This document shows, piece by piece, positions 61,510-64,000 of a stretch of DNA of 64,000 nucleotides. The notes beneath the pieces are model-generated. The model made no database searches. It was given only the letters and a program-made list of their open reading frames with translations, and was not told the DNA's origin. Source of the stretch: Escherichia coli (GTDB taxonomy: Bacteria > Pseudomonadota > Gammaproteobacteria > Enterobacterales > Enterobacteriaceae); assembly GCF_001677475.2 (NCBI RefSeq), contig NZ_CP015229.1; one strand, written 5' to 3'. The translations under genes were made by a program, and so were the position numbers. Position 1 is the first letter of the stretch. Each line of letters starts with the position of its first letter.

Positions 61510-61956
61510 TTATTTGCCTTCGTGCGCGTGCTCATCTTCGCGGCAATCGCCTTCGGCACAGTGACCGTAAAGATAGAGACTGTGGTTAGTCAGGCGAATG
61601 CCATGTTTTGCGGCAATTTCACGCTGACGCGCTTCGATGGAATCATCACTAAATTCGATTACCTTGCCGCAGTCGAGGCAGATCAGGTGATCGTGGTGAT
61701 GTTGCTGTGTCAGTTCAAATACGGATTTACCGCCTTCAAAATTGTGGCGGGTGACGATACCAGCGTCGTCAAACTGGTTCAGTACGCGATATACCGTAGC
61801 CAGACCAATTTCTTCACCCATATCGATCAGACGTTTGTATAAATCTTCCGCACTGACGTGATGGTTGTCCGGCTCCTGAAGAACTTCCAGGATTTTCAAG
61901 CGAGGAAGCGTTACTTTCAGGCCAGCTTTCTTTAGGGCGGTATTGTTATCAGTCAT
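61510..61956 (-). CDS. fur: ferric uptake regulator
   Basis: 148-aa ORF MTDNNTALKKAGLKVTLPRLKILEVLQEPDNHHVSAEDLYKRL... Confidence 0.95.
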   Translation of the reverse strand: MTDNNTALKKAGLKVTLPRLKILEVLQEPDNHHVSAEDLYKRLIDMGEEIGLATVYRVLNQFDDAGIVTRHNFEGGKSVFELTQQHHHDHLICLDCGKVIEFSDDSIEARQREIAAKHGIRLTNHSLYLYGHCAEGDCREDEHAHEGK

Positions 61957-62035
61957 GCGGAATCTGTCCTGTTACTAAGCGGTTCACTTCATTAGAAGAA
62001 GTGACAGAATTTGCTCTTGAGATAATGCGTATCAT
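61949..62035 (-). CDS. uof: uof, 28-codon upstream ORF translationally coupled to fur
   Basis: MIRIISRANSVTSSNEVNRLVTGQIPHD; its stop (61949..61951) overlaps the fur start region (ATGACTGA). Confidence 0.65.
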   Translation of the reverse strand: MIRIISRANSVTSSNEVNRLVTGQIPHD

Positions 62036-62038
62036 TAT
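62018..62038. promoter_or_regulatory. Fur-box-like palindrome in the fur/uof leader
   Basis: gagataatgcgtatcattata resembles the GATAATGATAATCATTATC consensus; it overlaps the uof start codon. Confidence 0.5.
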
Positions 62039-62244
62039 AGAATTGCCACGCCTAAATGAAAACCACAAGTCCCTGGCAAATATTGTTAATAAAAACGTGG
62101 CACAGCTTACATTTACAACGGCAAGGCCACTTGAACACCGGGACATTGTACAGGTACAACAGCAAAAGTTACAAATTTGTAGCAATTATTTTGATTGGCA
62201 TTATCTATTAATACGGCGTAGACATGAGTCTACGCCGCATCACA

Positions 62245-62775
62245 TCAGGCATTGAGAATTTCGTCGAGATGCAGCTCTTCAGAAATTTGTTTAACCCATT
62301 TTTCTACACGTTCAGCGGTCAGTTCCGGCTGACGATCTTCGTCGATAGCCAGACCGACAAAGTGGTCATCATCAGCCAGACCTTTTGACGCTTCGAAGTG
62401 GTAGCCCGCGGTTGGCCAGTGACCAACGATGGTTGCACCGCGCGGTTCAATGATGTCGCGGATGGTGCCCAATGCATCGCAGAAGTATTCTGCGTAATCT
62501 TCCTGGTCGCCACAACCAAACAGCGCAACCAGTTTGCCATTGAAATCAATCTCTTCGAGAGTCGGGAAGAAGTCATCCCAGTCACACTGCGCTTCGCCGT
62601 AATACCAGGTTGGGATGCCCAGCAGCAGAATGTCATATGCTTCCAGATCTTCTTTGCTGCTTTTTGCAATGTCATGGACATCGGCAACGTCTTTACCAAG
62701 CTGTTTTTGAATCATTTTTGCGATATTTTCGGTATTACCGGTGTCGCTGCCGAAAAAGATGCCAGTGATAGCCAT
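62245..62775 (-). CDS. fldA: flavodoxin 1
   Basis: ORF 62245..62892; start at internal Met gives 176 aa [27 protein letters not shown]... (FMN-binding T/SxTGxT). Confidence 0.95.
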
Positions 62776-62914
62776 GAGTGAAATAACCTCTTGAAACTTA
62801 TTGAAATGGGGGTGGAAAATTGCCCACGGATAAAGGCAATCATAGCAGAACAGGCAGTCTTGCGGAATCAGCAAACGAGCAGGACTGCACACTGTGCTAC
62901 ATGAAAGTGGAAAT

Positions 62915-63208
62915 TTAAACGATGCCCTGACTACGCAGCGCCGCCAGTTGCTGCATTAACATCTCTTCGATCAGTTCGCTACGGCTCATATTGCGCGATT
63001 CCGCCAGCTCGTTCAGCGCCTCGACAGCTTCCGCGTTCAGCTTCAGTTCGACACGCTTAAGGCCACGTACTTTGTCGCGTTTTAGCTGGTTGCGTTTATT
63101 AATACGCAGCTGTTCATCGCGCGAAAGCGGATTAGTTTTCGGTCGTCCCGGTCGACGCTCGTGCGCGAACAGATCTAATGTCGTACGGTCCGTTTGTTCT
63201 TTGGCCAT
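62915..63208 (-). CDS. ybfE: small DNA-damage-associated protein YbfE
   Basis: ORF 62915..63277; start at internal Met gives 97 aa [33 protein letters not shown]... Confidence 0.8.
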   Translation of the reverse strand: MAKEQTDRTTLDLFAHERRPGRPKTNPLSRDEQLRINKRNQLKRDKVRGLKRVELKLNAEAVEALNELAESRNMSRSELIEEMLMQQLAALRSQGIV

Positions 63209-63347
63209 GATCTTGGTGACTTCGGGGGAAACAATCAGCCAGGCCTCTGCCCGGATGGATAGCGCGCCATAATACATCAGCGCGATGAGTCACGCCAACG
63301 CCCACGCGCGGAAAGCGACGCGGACGCTGGGTTTTTAATCAGTTGCG

Positions 63348-64000
63348 TTAATCATTGAGATAGCGACGGATAGCGCGTAATACCGCATCCGGTTTTTCAG
63401 CATGGACCCAGTGACCCGCGCCTGCAATCACATGCGCCCGTGCCTGTGGAAATTGTGCCAGTAAATCATCACGGTACTGCTCGCTAACATACGGAGAATT
63501 GCCGCCAGGGATAAACAGGGCAGGGTGATCCCATGCCGGGATTTTCTCCCAACCCACAATATGCGGATACTGATCCCACAATACCGGCACGTTAAAGCGC
63601 CACTCCCCGTCAACAAAAGATTTCAACAGAAACTGAATCACCCCTTCTTCATTAAGATGCTGGCGCATTATTGCTGCTGCTTGCTGGCGAGTTTGTGCGT
63701 CCGATTCACTGACCGCGTTGATGGCCGCAAAAATCTCATCATGACGGCGTACGTGATAGTCGACCGGTGCGATATCGATCGCTACCAGCTTATCGATGCG
63801 ATCGGGGGCCAGTGCAGTAAGAGCCATTACCGCTTTACCGCCCATGGAGTGACCGATAAATGTTGCTTTGTCGATCTGCTGTGCATCCAGGGTATCAACA
63901 AGATCCTGCGCCATCGCCGGGTAATTCATTACCGGATCTCTCGGTGAAAGACCGTGGTTACGCATATCAACCTGGATGATATTGTGATCGTTTACCAAAT
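63348..64000 (-). CDS. ybfF: alpha/beta-hydrolase esterase YbfF, C-terminal part; N-terminus beyond window end
   Basis: Minus-strand frame open to the window edge; contains GHSMGG nucleophile elbow; C-terminus ...RAIRRYLND. Confidence 0.85.
   Translation of the reverse strand, partial: LVNDHNIIQVDMRNHGLSPRDPVMNYPAMAQDLVDTLDAQQIDKATFIGHSMGGKAVMALTALAPDRIDKLVAIDIAPVDYHVRRHDEIFAAINAVSESDAQTRQQAAAIMRQHLNEEGVIQFLLKSFVDGEWRFNVPVLWDQYPHIVGWEKIPAWDHPALFIPGGNSPYVSEQYRDDLLAQFPQARAHVIAGAGHWVHAEKPDAVLRAIRRYLND

Overview
This window is a largely core Enterobacterial chromosome segment, almost certainly Escherichia coli, running from the citrate lyase/dpiAB locus to ybfF. Gene order is citFEDC, dpiBA, dcuC, pagP, cspE, crcB, ybeM, tatE, lipA, ybeF, lipB, ybeD, dacA, rlpA, mrdBA, rlmH, rsfS, cobC, nadD, holA, lptE, leuS, ybeL, ybeQ, ybeR, djlB, ybeT, ybeU, djlC, hscC, rihA, gltLKJI, lnt, corC, ybeY, ybeZ, miaB, ubiF, a seven-tRNA operon, asnB, umpH(nagD), nagCAB, nagE, glnS, chiPQ, fur, fldA, ybfE, ybfF. 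All calls rest on reading the supplied six-frame translations against remembered protein sequences; no searches were run. The strain does not look like K-12: ybeM is intact, ybeR carries a frameshift, and a 1432-bp IS3-family element (IS1397-like) sits in a REP palindrome between djlC and hscC. The only candidate for an undescribed system is the ybeQ-to-hscC block: two paralogous Sel1 / DUF1266 / membrane-anchored J-protein modules next to the specialised Hsp70 HscC, with no assigned cellular role that I know of. I found no novel gene cassette, CRISPR array or prophage; every long unassigned ORF is antisense to a conserved gene.
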